Shown in pieces: positions 1 through 9,817 of a stretch of DNA of 64,000 nucleotides. This DNA is from Alteromonadaceae bacterium (GTDB lineage: Bacteria; Pseudomonadota; Gammaproteobacteria; Enterobacterales; Alteromonadaceae). The translations under genes were made by a program, and so were the position numbers. The DNA is taken from positions 5,214 through 69,213 of the forward strand of contig WGGB01000001.1 of assembly GCA_015491935.1 (NCBI GenBank), given 5' to 3'. Each line of letters starts with the position of its first letter. The first letter of the stretch is position 1. The notes below the pieces were generated by a model. That model saw only the letters and a program-made list of their open reading frames with translations, did no database searches and was not told the origin of the DNA.

Positions 1-3000
1 CCTAGAGTAATGAAAGTATAAATATCATTTTTAAATTCAGTATAGCTTTTTGAATAATTATTACAGGCCATAGCTAGAGCCGATGACTGGTAGAATTCAA
101 AGTTTTCTACAACTTTCTCATTTAAATTATTAATAAGTGCTGAGGGATTGGAGAGCCTTCCTGCTACTTTTCTGGTGATATCAAACAATCCCTTAGATTC
201 CTGATATTTAGAACTTAAGTGCTCACCAGAAGTATCCCACCCTTGCCATATTTTATCTTGTTCAAAGTCACTAATATTCTCAGAAACCTTTTTAGCTATA
301 CTATTGATATCATCTAATAATGATAATTCTTCAAGTGTTATTTCACCATGTACACCAACAGCATTTAACGTTTTTATGATTTTTCTTTTAGCAAACCATT
401 TCAACGGCCAAATTTTTTGTTGTGCTATTTGAAATGATGTAAGCCAATCTGAAGTAGAATGGCTAGATATTGTGTCTAGTGAGAATGTTAACTTCGAACT
501 TCTCACTTGTTCATCTATTACGCCTTTAAATTCTGCTAATGAATTTAGTTTTTCTAACTCATCTATAGCATTTGGCTTATAAATAAAGCTTAATCGGGTG
601 TTTTTTTGTTTAATTAGGAAAGTGACTAAATCATATATTTCTGCATAGTTTTCGTTGTATTCATTTAAATCTGCTAACTGTAATAACTCAACCAATTCTC
701 CAAAGTGTTTGCTCATTACTTGTGATGAGTTTCTCACTGTTTTAATGGTTGAAATCAATTCTGATTGCCAAGCATTTGACCAGTCAGTATTTTGAACAAT
801 AGAAATATCTGAAAGGTTTAAATCCTCTATATCTGTAAAGGCTAAGCCTAGTGTTTTAGCTGTTTCATATAAAGCGTCCAAATCTTCTTTTGAGCCAACA
901 GGAGAGTTTTCATAAGAGTGACCCCAACCTAGATCTACTTTTGTTATCTCTTTATACCTAACATATCTCGATATGGCTTGCCTTGGGGTTATGCCTAAAG
1001 CTGATTCTTGATGAAGTTCATTAACGTATGCATTTAAACTTTTTCGTATGTTAAACAGTTTATCTGCATTCTCATCCCATTCACTACTAGAGGCCGTTTC
1101 TCGTGTAGTCCATGATTTTTTCAGTTGCTCTAATATTGCTCGTTTATTGGCTTTATTACTATGAAGCTCTAAGCATAAGTGATCTAAACCAATCTTATGA
1201 AGGCGGCTATACACAACATTTAATGCGGCCATTTTTTCTGCCACAAATAGAACTTTTTTACCTTTAGCTAGGTTATGGCAAATAATATTTGCTATCGTTT
1301 CTGACTTGCCTGTACCTGGAGGTCCTTCCAAAACAAAGTCTTGGCTTTTTGTTGATGCGTCAATAGCAACTAATTGAGAGCTATCAGCATTTAATGGCGC
1401 AAAAACATCAGAAGGTTTTAACGTATTATCTATGTCATTTTGGTCTTTAAATTGTACATCTTGTTCATATGTTTTTTGAGGGTTTTCTACTAAGTGCTTA
1501 ACGAAAAGGTTAGACTTTAAATCATTAACCCTATCTTTTAAATCTTTCCACATTAAATATTTCGCGAATGAGAAAGTACTTAAAGTCAGTTCTTCTACAA
1601 CCTCAAACCCTTTAATTTCTTTGATTTTATCTCTAACAACTGACCAAATCAAATCTACATCAATACCACTTTCATCTGTTGGTAATGCTTCGTTAAATTG
1701 AGATAAATCAACTTCATAATCATTCTGTAAAAATTCAATTAATGTGGCATTGAAAATAGGTTCTTCCCCATCTCGTTGCTTAATTTTTATTTTTGAACGC
1801 GCACTACTTCGTTTTAACTCAGCAGGTAGAAGGATTAGCGGTGCCTGATAAGTTCTATCGCTTTCAGGTGTTTCTTTCCATTTTATCATGCCAACAGCAA
1901 GAAAAAGTGTATTTGAACCACCTTCTTCTATATCTGTTTTTGATTTTCGGTATAAAGAAAGTAAATTTCTTTCTAGTTTTTTAGAAGAATCATTGGCAAT
2001 TAAGGTATTACTTTTTAATTGCTCTCTGGCAAACTCAGCTTGTAAATCATTACCCACTTTAAATTTGAACAGTTCTTTGTCTCGTGCTTCATTCGCATAA
2101 GGAGTATCACCAGCGGTAATAAAATTAAAACTTTGATTTGAGGCTAATTCATCTTCTAATAAAGCTATGTCCGGACAAAATAATTTAATAGCTACAGCAG
2201 TTTTAGATAAATTTAATAGCCTATTTCGTTTTGTGAGATCAAGTAGTTTTCTTTGCCACTGTTCGACTCTTCCATCTGGCGTCTCAGCTACAGGAAGCTC
2301 TTCTTTTCTAACAGGTGGTAATGCAGGAGCAACAGGTAAAATTTGAATGGTAGTTTCTGCTTTATTACTATTTGCTTCAATACTACTTTCGCCAATGGTC
2401 GGAATTGGTTTAATTTGTCTTTTTCTTGCTTGAGTTAAATCTATAGCGTAAACAAATGTATCTTCTGATTCCTCAGATATAATCTGATCTGCATACTCAA
2501 TAGCTTGACCAAAGGTAATTGGTGAATCAGAAGTTGCCAATGTTGTTTCAAATAGCACTATGTCTTTTGAAGCTACACGCTTTCTAATATCCATCGAATC
2601 ATCGTTGGTCAATAAAGGGAAACATTCATTGATTAACCAAAGACCACAACACGCATGAGTGTCAGTTATCGCAATAATTGAATTGAGGCCTATGTGCTCC
2701 AGACAAGCTGCAAACAATAAGGACAAATCTAAACATGCACCCGTTTTATGATTTTTTATATCACTAGGTAATCTAATTCGTTGTCCTGAATAAGCAAAGC
2801 TAGTCGGTGGTGTAACATAAGCAATCGTTTCATTGGAAATAATATTCCACAATGCAGCAGCCATTAAATAGGGTCTTTCACGCGTTGCTGATTGGTAGCC
2901 ATCCAACTTTGATTCATGCCCAGCAGCCTTCATTACATCGGATGCCTTTTTTACTAATTCTGATATGTAATTTGCGTTAGGGGTAGAAAAAGCGGCTAAT

Positions 3001-3422
3001 AGCTCAGCCATTCGCTCTTCGCCACCCCAGAAATTTTTTGGCAGTAAATTAGTTTGGTATGATTGTGTTGCTAATACTTCATCAGAACTATAGAGGGTGA
3101 AGTTCAAATTAATTTCGATTTGCTCAGTCAATGCATCTAAATATTCATTTGATATTTTTAGAGGTCGTTTTTGTAATAAAAGTGAATGACCTGCTTCAAG
3201 TGAGTCCACGTGCCATTCTTCAGGGGAAAACACTACTGGATCAGAAGTTAAAACAAGCTTTAAATCTGTATACGTTTTGTAGGAATTTTCAGGAATAATT
3301 TCTGTAGAAAAATTCAATTCAAGAGATGTAATAAGTGGATATTGGTTTTGTTGAAATGCAAAAGAGTACACTTTAGCTATTTCTGCATTAATAAAGAGTT
3401 TGATTTTTCCCTGATCCTTCAT
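1..3422 (-). CDS. Large SF1 (Upf1/DNA2-like) helicase, N-terminal ~1140 codons only: uncharacterised N-terminal region, transglutaminase-like Cys/His core, DUF4011-like region, Walker A. The C-terminus lies left of the window.
   Basis: Own translation of the minus strand. ATG at 3422-3420 (MKDQGKIKLFINAEIAKVYSFAFQQNQYPL...) stays open down to codon 5-3, so it is missing from the ORF track only because it has no in-window stop. Motifs read directly: HKTGACLDLSLLFAACLEHIGL...DTHACCGLW (Cys codon 2735-2733); RVEQWQRKLLDLTKRNRLLNL and TLFLAVGMIKWKE..YQAPLILLPAELKR (DUF4011-type, from memory of the family); VLEGPPGTGKSETIANII (Walker A, Lys codon 1307-1305); FVAEKMAALNVV; CLELHSNKANKRAIL. Confidence 0.8.
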   Translation of the reverse strand, partial: MKDQGKIKLFINAEIAKVYSFAFQQNQYPLITSLELNFSTEIIPENSYKTYTDLKLVLTSDPVVFSPEEWHVDSLEAGHSLLLQKRPLKISNEYLDALTEQIEINLNFTLYSSDEVLATQSYQTNLLPKNFWGGEERMAELLAAFSTPNANYISELVKKASDVMKAAGHESKLDGYQSATRERPYLMAAALWNIISNETIAYVTPPTSFAYSGQRIRLPSDIKNHKTGACLDLSLLFAACLEHIGLNSIIAITDTHACCGLWLINECFPLLTNDDSMDIRKRVASKDIVLFETTLATSDSPITFGQAIEYADQIISEESEDTFVYAIDLTQARKRQIKPIPTIGESSIEANSNKAETTIQILPVAPALPPVRKEELPVAETPDGRVEQWQRKLLDLTKRNRLLNLSKTAVAIKLFCPDIALLEDELASNQSFNFITAGDTPYANEARDKELFKFKVGNDLQAEFAREQLKSNTLIANDSSKKLERNLLSLYRKSKTDIEEGGSNTLFLAVGMIKWKETPESDRTYQAPLILLPAELKRSSARSKIKIKQRDGEEPIFNATLIEFLQNDYEVDLSQFNEALPTDESGIDVDLIWSVVRDKIKEIKGFEVVEELTLSTFSFAKYLMWKDLKDRVNDLKSNLFVKHLVENPQKTYEQDVQFKDQNDIDNTLKPSDVFAPLNADSSQLVAIDASTKSQDFVLEGPPGTGKSETIANIICHNLAKGKKVLFVAEKMAALNVVYSRLHKIGLDHLCLELHSNKANKRAILEQLKKSWTTRETASSSEWDENADKLFNIRKSLNAYVNELHQESALGITPRQAISRYVRYKEITKVDLGWGHSYENSPVGSKEDLDALYETAKTLGLAFTDIEDLNLSDISIVQNTDWSNAWQSELISTIKTVRNSSQVMSKHFGELVELLQLADLNEYNENYAEIYDLVTFLIKQKNTRLSFIYKPNAIDELEKLNSLAEFKGVIDEQVRSSKLTFSLDTISSHSTSDWLTSFQIAQQKIWPLKWFAKRKIIKTLNAVGVHGEITLEELSLLDDINSIAKKVSENISDFEQDKIWQGWDTSGEHLSSKYQESKGLFDITRKVAGRLSNPSALINNLNEKVVENFEFYQSSALAMACNNYSKSYTEFKNDIYTFITL

Positions 3423-3798
3423 AACTATATCCTTTGTAAAATAGAAGGTTAATTGATGTTAATATAGTTATGTCATATCTTTATGAAATTGCAATGCTTT
3501 TTATTGAGATATAATATATTTATTGTTTTAAGATAACTTTCACTTGCTTAATTACAAAAATTTAACAATATATGTGTAATGTTTATCATTATTATTTAGA
3601 TGATACGTTTATAGCCATGGTGCGTCAGTATCAGTTTAAAGTACAAAATGGTGAATTAACGCGTTTAAGCTAGGTACTTAAGTTGTAATAATACATAAGG
3701 GCTTTTTATTATAAGTAACAATAATTCAGCCCTTGAATTTATATTACATATACCTCATCTTATGGTTATATTTAATAAATGAGTGATGGGAATAAATT

Positions 3799-4191
3799 AT
3801 GCACATAGAAATAAGTATGCTTGATGGGCAGCAATTAAAAGCTAGCTTTGGTGATCATGAAATTATTAGTGATCAAAGTGTGACTGCGGGTGGTAAAGCT
3901 GAATACCCAGAACCTTTTGATTACTTTTTAGCAAGTATGCCCTTATGCGCGGCTTTTTATATTCGAAAATTTTGTGATGCGCGTGATATTAGCACTGATG
4001 GTATTAAAATATCACAAGATAATGAAAATATTGATCCTGAAAATAAATACAAGAAAAAACTGACGGTATCCGTTGAATTACCCGAGTCTTTTCCTAAAAA
4101 ATATCACAAGGCGTTATTAGCGGCGGCAAATACTTGTACGGTTAAGCGTGTTGTTCAAGCGTCGCCTGAATTTGAAGTGAAGATTGTTTAA
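3799..4191 (+). CDS. OsmC/Ohr family peroxiredoxin-like protein
   Basis: 130 aa. Size and the two conserved Cys contexts (ASMPLCAAFY, AANTCTVKR) are typical of the OsmC family. Confidence 0.7.
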   Translation: MHIEISMLDGQQLKASFGDHEIISDQSVTAGGKAEYPEPFDYFLASMPLCAAFYIRKFCDARDISTDGIKISQDNENIDPENKYKKKLTVSVELPESFPKKYHKALLAAANTCTVKRVVQASPEFEVKIV

Positions 4192-4216
4192 TTAATGAAA
4201 CTGGTATAAAACCAAT

Positions 4217-4254
4217 AACCAGTGTAGATCTATAAACTTAGATATACACTGGTT
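4217..4254. terminator. Candidate bidirectional hairpin between convergent OsmC-like gene and lysA
   Basis: aaccagtgta (4217-4226) pairs perfectly with tacactggtt (4245-4254). The 18-nt loop is long and there is no strong T-tract. Confidence 0.35.
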
Positions 4255-4276
4255 AGTTAGCTATTCGGTTATCCCG

Positions 4277-5548
4277 TTATTCTAGCCAAGCAGGGATTTT
4301 ATCCGCATTAATATATTCTTCATAGCTTGGTCTATCTTTTATCACGCACCATTGGTTTTGATTAATCATTATTTCAGTTGCGGGTAATCGAGTGTTATAC
4401 GCTGAGGACATTACTGCACCATAAGCCCCACAACTTTTAATCGCGACTAAATCATCTTGTTGACAAGTGGCTATTTTTCTAGCTTTAGCAAAGGTATCGC
4501 CTGTTTCACAAACGGGGCCAACAATATCGTAAGTTTGCTCAGAAGAATTAGGGCTATTTTTTACCCGAATAATATCATGGTAGGCATCATACATACTTGG
4601 GCGGATCATATCATTCATACCCGCATCAAGGATCAAAAATTGGCGTTGTTCACCTTTTTTTACATAAACCACTTTGGACACTAAAACACCTGCATTACCA
4701 ACGATTGAACGTCCCGGTTCAACGATGATTTTACACTTAAGTGAGGCTAATTGCTGATATGCTAACTCAGCATATTCTGTTACTTTGGGAATGCTTTCAT
4801 TCGCTTGATATTCAATACCTAAACCGCCACCAATATCAATAACACTAATGGTGTGACCATCGCTATTAAGTGCATTTACAAGCTCAGCTACTTTTGCAAA
4901 CGCTTCTTTAAATGGTGTAATTTCTGTGAGTTGAGAGCCAATGTGCACGTCAACGCCTTGTATTTTTATATTAGGTAAACTTGCCGCTTTTTTGTAAATA
5001 TTGCGCGCTTTATCAATAGGTATTCCAAATTTATTTTCAGCTTTACCCGTTGTTATTTTAGCGTGAGTATTAGCATTTACATCAGGGTTTATGCGAAATG
5101 ATACCGCTGCTATTTTATTTAAACGCGTTGCTATTGTACTAATTTGTTCTAATTCAGGCTCAGACTCAATATTAAATTGAAAGATATTTTGCTTAAGGGC
5201 AAATTCAATTTCTTCTGCCGTTTTAGCAACCCCTGAAAAAACTATTTTGTTGGCGGGAATATTGGCCGTTAATGCACGCTTTATTTCACCTAATGAAACA
5301 ACATCGGCGCCAGCCCCTAATTTGGCTAAAGTGGTTAAAATGGCTTGATTAGAGTTGGCTTTTACCGCATAACAGATTAAAGTGTCTTGCTTGGCAAATG
5401 CTTGTTGGTATTGAATAAAATTATCAGTGATAGCGCGACTAGAATAACAATAAAAAGGTGTTGTTATTTGTTTAGCAATATCATTAATCGCGATATCTTC
5501 AACAAAAAGCTGCTCGTTACGATAATAAAAAGCTTGATTAGAATTCAT
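4277..5548 (-). CDS. lysA: Diaminopimelate decarboxylase
   Basis: 423 aa. PLP-dependent Orn/DAP/Arg decarboxylase fold 3 motifs: YAVKANSN (PLP Lys), DIGGGLGI, CETGD, GAYG. Confidence 0.92.
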   Translation of the reverse strand: MNSNQAFYYRNEQLFVEDIAINDIAKQITTPFYCYSSRAITDNFIQYQQAFAKQDTLICYAVKANSNQAILTTLAKLGAGADVVSLGEIKRALTANIPANKIVFSGVAKTAEEIEFALKQNIFQFNIESEPELEQISTIATRLNKIAAVSFRINPDVNANTHAKITTGKAENKFGIPIDKARNIYKKAASLPNIKIQGVDVHIGSQLTEITPFKEAFAKVAELVNALNSDGHTISVIDIGGGLGIEYQANESIPKVTEYAELAYQQLASLKCKIIVEPGRSIVGNAGVLVSKVVYVKKGEQRQFLILDAGMNDMIRPSMYDAYHDIIRVKNSPNSSEQTYDIVGPVCETGDTFAKARKIATCQQDDLVAIKSCGAYGAVMSSAYNTRLPATEIMINQNQWCVIKDRPSYEEYINADKIPAWLE

Positions 5549-5675
5549 AACTATAAAAGTAGAGTAAATATATATTGAATAACTTATTCGTAATTACCAC
5601 ACTATTCAAGTTTTTTATAACCTAAATTCGCGATATAAAATAAAGATAAAAATTATAATTAAAAGGTTGTTATTT

Positions 5676-7073
5676 ATGGAATGGTTAACTGTATTACCAC
5701 CACTGCTCGCCATTGTAGTCGTTATTTGGAAAAAAGAAGTGATTATGGCGCTGCTATTGGCGGTGTTTTCTTCTGAATTTTTATTAGTTCTTCAAAAATC
5801 AGAACATTCTAATGTACTTTTTTATGCCTTTATAAGTTTCATTGAACGCATTATTTCGGTATTTAGTTTACCTAGCAACACGCGTTTACTCATTTTTAGC
5901 TTATTAATTGGCACATTACTCGCTTATTTACGTAATTCAGGTGGAGTGAGTGCGTTAGTTGAGCGCTTAATAAATAAAGGGGTTGCCAAGTCTCGACGTC
6001 AAGTAGGTAGTGTTACCTTTTTTACGGGGCTTGTTATTTTTATTGAATCTAATTTAAGCGTATTAACCGCAGGTATTTTATCACGAGGCCTATTTGATAA
6101 ATTTAAAATGAGTCGTGCGCGTTTAGCCTTTATGATTGATTCAACGAGTGCCCCTGTATGTATTTTAATACTATTAAACGGTTGGGGGGCTTATGTTCTG
6201 GGTTTATTGAATAATTATGAATTAGGACAAACATCTACATCGATACTTTGGGGAACAATACCACTTAATTTTTATGCCATTATTGTTTTGTTAATAGTGT
6301 TTTATACTGTCGTGGCAGATAAAGTTTATGGTCCGATGAAACAAGCAGAAAAAGAGTTAAATAAATTAAGTGATGACCCCGCATTGCAAGAAGAATTAGT
6401 AAAACCAACGAAAGCACGTTTTATGTTGATACCATTGGCTACTATGATTTTAAGTATGTTCTTTTTTATGTATTGGACAGGTAATGGTGATTTTACGCAG
6501 GGAAGTGGTGGTACTTCAGTACTTTATGCTACGGTATTAGCTTGTGTAGTTGCTTATTTTTTACTTTATTTTTCAAAACGATATACACATCAAGAACTCG
6601 TTGATGTGGGTTTTAATGGTATGTCAGAGTTATTACCTCTAGTCACGATAGTGCTGTTTTCATTAACGTTAGGTGCTAGTTTAAAAGAGTTAGGTACGGG
6701 GGTTTTTATTGCTGGGGTGGTGGGCGATTATCTACCTTTAGTTTTTATTGTCCCGATGTTGTTTTTAGCGGGTGCTGTTATTTCGTTTAGCACAGGTACC
6801 TCTTGGGGAACTTTTGCCATTCTTATTCCTATTGGAGTTCCACTTATTCAAACACTTGGTTTACCTCCATCATTAGTTATTGCGGCTATTTTAGGAGGTG
6901 GAGTGTTTGGTGATCATTGTTCACCTATTTCAGATACTACCTGTATATCAGCTATTGCTTCGGGTTGTAATTTGTTAGAGCACGTTAAAACACAATTGCC
7001 ATATTCTTTATTTGCAGGCGCTTTAACATTAGTTTGTTATACCATTGTAAGTATTATTATGGTGGGTGTTTAG
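5676..7073 (+). CDS. Na+/H+ antiporter NhaC family membrane transporter
   Basis: Polytopic membrane protein with the C-terminal motif [11 protein letters not shown] shared with the paralog at 10875-12611. ATG at 5676 (MEWLTVLPP) is preferred over the upstream TTG 5667 used in the track. Confidence 0.8.
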   Translation: MEWLTVLPPLLAIVVVIWKKEVIMALLLAVFSSEFLLVLQKSEHSNVLFYAFISFIERIISVFSLPSNTRLLIFSLLIGTLLAYLRNSGGVSALVERLINKGVAKSRRQVGSVTFFTGLVIFIESNLSVLTAGILSRGLFDKFKMSRARLAFMIDSTSAPVCILILLNGWGAYVLGLLNNYELGQTSTSILWGTIPLNFYAIIVLLIVFYTVVADKVYGPMKQAEKELNKLSDDPALQEELVKPTKARFMLIPLATMILSMFFFMYWTGNGDFTQGSGGTSVLYATVLACVVAYFLLYFSKRYTHQELVDVGFNGMSELLPLVTIVLFSLTLGASLKELGTGVFIAGVVGDYLPLVFIVPMLFLAGAVISFSTGTSWGTFAILIPIGVPLIQTLGLPPSLVIAAILGGGVFGDHCSPISDTTCISAIASGCNLLEHVKTQLPYSLFAGALTLVCYTIVSIIMVGV

Positions 7074-7090
7074 TACTGTAATTATAAAAC

Positions 7091-7118
7091 AAAGCAGGAC
7101 AAGTACTTGTCCTGCTTT
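7091..7118. terminator. Bidirectional rho-independent terminator (NhaC-type gene / aldB convergent pair)
   Basis: Perfect 14+14 palindrome aaagcaggacaagt/acttgtcctgcttt, flanked by an A-run on the left and a T-run on the right. Confidence 0.75.
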
Positions 7119-7131
7119 GTTGACTATTTTT

Positions 7132-8652
7132 TTAGAAAAAGCCTAGTGGGTTAGGATCGTAACTGACCAGCATATTTTTAGTCTGTTGATAATGCTCTAA
7201 TGCCATTTTATGAGTTTCTCGACCAACACCTGATTTTTTATAACCGCCAAATGCTGCATGAGCAGGGTAAAGATGATAGCAGTTTGTCCAGACTCGACCT
7301 GCTTGTATTTTACGTCCCATGCGATAGGCTTTATTCATATCACGAGTCCATACGCCTGCTCCTAAACCAAATTCAGAGCTATTGGCTATTTCAAGCGCTT
7401 GTGCTTCATCTTTAAAAGTACACAGTGATATAACGGGGCCAAAAATTTCTTCTTGGAATACCCGCATATCATTTGTTCCTTTTAACAAGGTTGGTTGAAT
7501 GTAATAACCATTTTCGTATTCACCTTCAATTTGAGCTATTTCACCGCCAATTAAGACTTCTGCGCCTTCTTTTTTACCAATATCAATATATTTTAATATT
7601 TTATCAAACTGTTGTTGTGAAGCTTGTGCACCAACCATAGTTTCGGTATCAAGCGGATCACCGCGTTTTATTTGTAATGAACGTGCAATGACTTTTTCGA
7701 TAAATTTATCGTAAATATCTTCTTGTACTAATAAACGAGATGGGCAGGTACAGACTTCGCCTTGATTAAAATAGGCAAGCACCGCACCTTCAATGGCTTT
7801 ACTTAAAAACTCATCTTCAAAATCCATCACATCATTAAAGAAAATATTAGGTGATTTTCCACCGAGCTCTACCGTTGATGGGATAATACTATCTGCGGCA
7901 CATTTTAATATGTGCGAACCCACAGGGGTTGAACCTGTAAAGGCTATTTTAGCGATGCGTTTACTAGTAGCTAAAGCTTCACCAGCTTCTTTACCAAAAC
8001 CATTAATAATATTTAAGACACCAGCGGGCAACAAATCTTCAATGAGTTCCATTAATATTAAAATAGAGGCAGGGGTTTGCTCTGCTGGTTTTAAAACTAT
8101 ACAGTTACCTGCTGCTAAGGCTGGAGCAAGTTTCCATGCGGCCATTAATATAGGAAAATTCCATGGAATTATTTGTCCCACTACGCCTAAGGGTTCATGA
8201 AAATGATAGGCAACCGTATTTTCGTCAATCTCACCAATTGAACCTTCTTGTGCGCGTAAACAACCAGCAAAGTATCTGAAATGATCAACGGCTAATGGTA
8301 TATCTGCTGCTAAGGTTTCGCGTACGGCTTTGCCATTATCCCAAGTTTCGGCAACAGCAAGCATTTCTATATTTTGTTCTATTCTATCGGCTATTTTTAA
8401 TAAAGTATTTGAACGTTCGGTTACCGATGTTGCTCCCCAAGCATCTTTTGCTTTATGAGCGGCATCTAAGGCTAAATCTATATCTAAGGCACATGAACGT
8501 GGAATTTCACAAATTACTTTTCCTGTGGTCGGACTAATATTGTCAAAATATCGTCCTTGCTGAGGTTCAACCCATTGACCACCAATATAATTTTGGTAAC
8601 GTTGTTTAAAGTTAACGATGGCACCATCAGTGCCTGGAGCTGCATAAATCAT
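7132..8652 (-). CDS. aldB: NAD(P)-dependent aldehyde dehydrogenase, AldB-like
   Basis: 506 aa, collinear with E. coli AldB as I remember it: [43 protein letters not shown] (catalytic Cys), EEIFGPV, C-terminal HYQQTKN.LVSY. Confidence 0.9.
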   Translation of the reverse strand: MIYAAPGTDGAIVNFKQRYQNYIGGQWVEPQQGRYFDNISPTTGKVICEIPRSCALDIDLALDAAHKAKDAWGATSVTERSNTLLKIADRIEQNIEMLAVAETWDNGKAVRETLAADIPLAVDHFRYFAGCLRAQEGSIGEIDENTVAYHFHEPLGVVGQIIPWNFPILMAAWKLAPALAAGNCIVLKPAEQTPASILILMELIEDLLPAGVLNIINGFGKEAGEALATSKRIAKIAFTGSTPVGSHILKCAADSIIPSTVELGGKSPNIFFNDVMDFEDEFLSKAIEGAVLAYFNQGEVCTCPSRLLVQEDIYDKFIEKVIARSLQIKRGDPLDTETMVGAQASQQQFDKILKYIDIGKKEGAEVLIGGEIAQIEGEYENGYYIQPTLLKGTNDMRVFQEEIFGPVISLCTFKDEAQALEIANSSEFGLGAGVWTRDMNKAYRMGRKIQAGRVWTNCYHLYPAHAAFGGYKKSGVGRETHKMALEHYQQTKNMLVSYDPNPLGFF

Positions 8653-8815
8653 CTCTGTTTCCTTTTGTTGTAATTTTAGTTAAGACAAGGTAATTTAGTT
8701 ATTTCTAATTAATTAAAGTTAATAATTTACCTGAGTGTTAATTAATCATAGTTAATAAAATAAAATGTGCTGAAAATTTATTAAAGTTGACTCAAAATCC
8801 AAAAAGAGTTGTTAA

Positions 8816-9745
8816 ATGATCACTGGAAAAATTAAAAATAATCGTAATAACCCACAAGTATTGGTTGAAAACAAAATGACTTTTGCAGCTCACGAATGTG
8901 AGTTAGGTATTTATGACACGTATCAGCAAGCTAAAAGAGTGGCATTAAGCTCAGATCAGCTATTATTTTGCGGTATGGTTACGGGTAAAAAAATTATGCA
9001 TACTGAAAATGATCACTATCACAGTGCTTTTTTACCGCATGAGTCTTTTGTTATTGCACCCAATAAGAAAGTTGAAATAGATTTTCCTATCGCGCAAATA
9101 GATAATCCGACAACTTGTATTGCTATTGAAATATCGACGGATAAGGTGCAACAGATCAGTCAAAAATTAAATCAAAAAATTGTTATGCCAAAAGAATTTG
9201 GGCAATGGCAATATCAGGATGAATTACTGCACACCCATCACAGCAGTGAAACACAAATATTATTAAATCGTATCGTACATATTTTCACTGAAAATCATCC
9301 TGACAGAAACTACCTTGTAGAGCTTGCTATTACTGAATTGACAGTACGGTTATTGCGACATCAAGCACGTGATTTTTTAGTTTCTTTTAGTACGCAGCAA
9401 CCTGATCATAATGGGCTTAATGCGGTGCTTGCTTATATTGATAAACATTTAAGTGAAAATATTGATGTTGATTTGTTATGTCGTATTGCTTGTATGAGTC
9501 GTTCGCGTTTTTACACTCAGTTTAAGCAACAATTAGGTTGTTCGCCTATTGCTTATCAACAACAATTACGTCTTAAACAAGCGGCTTCTATGCTTAAACA
9601 ACATCTAAACATTACCCAAGTTTGTTTTAACTTAGGCTTTATTAATCCTAGCCATTTTAGCCGTAGTTTTAAATTGTTTTATGGTATGACGCCGAGTCAG
9701 TATAAATTACGACATCAGCCAAAAAACGCTTCTTATCAACATTAA
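8816..9745 (+). CDS. AraC family transcriptional regulator
   Basis: C-terminal double HTH (LCRIACMSRSRFYTQFKQQLGCSPIAYQQQLRL..., GFINPSHFSRSFKLFYGMTPSQY). Divergent from the ALDH gene. Start uncertain: ATG 8816 or internal Met. Confidence 0.85.
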   Translation: MITGKIKNNRNNPQVLVENKMTFAAHECELGIYDTYQQAKRVALSSDQLLFCGMVTGKKIMHTENDHYHSAFLPHESFVIAPNKKVEIDFPIAQIDNPTTCIAIEISTDKVQQISQKLNQKIVMPKEFGQWQYQDELLHTHHSSETQILLNRIVHIFTENHPDRNYLVELAITELTVRLLRHQARDFLVSFSTQQPDHNGLNAVLAYIDKHLSENIDVDLLCRIACMSRSRFYTQFKQQLGCSPIAYQQQLRLKQAASMLKQHLNITQVCFNLGFINPSHFSRSFKLFYGMTPSQYKLRHQPKNASYQH

Positions 9746-9817
9746 TTACTTTTATCTTGAGTTCAGTTAAGTAGAGGTGCTTTTGTGATTAACGAAAAAC
9801 TAATATATTAGATAAAG

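Noticed and set aside
1793-2100. Two plus-strand ORFs from the track (63 and 70 aa).
   Set aside because: They lie antisense inside the 1140-codon helicase frame, have low-complexity Leu/Phe/Ser-rich products and no ribosome-binding context. They are shadow ORFs.
3625-3681. 18-codon ORF (MVRQYQFKVQNGELTRLS) in the spacer upstream of the helicase.
   Set aside because: It is too short, has no Shine-Dalgarno sequence and no recognisable motif.
5549-5666. Possible lysine riboswitch upstream of lysA.
   Set aside because: The spacer is only ~118 bp of very AT-rich sequence with none of the conserved L-box helices. lysA is normally protein-regulated.
7793-8200. 135-aa plus-strand ORF.
   Set aside because: It is antisense to the strongly supported aldB-like gene. 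Long antisense frames are a common by-product of ALDH codon composition.
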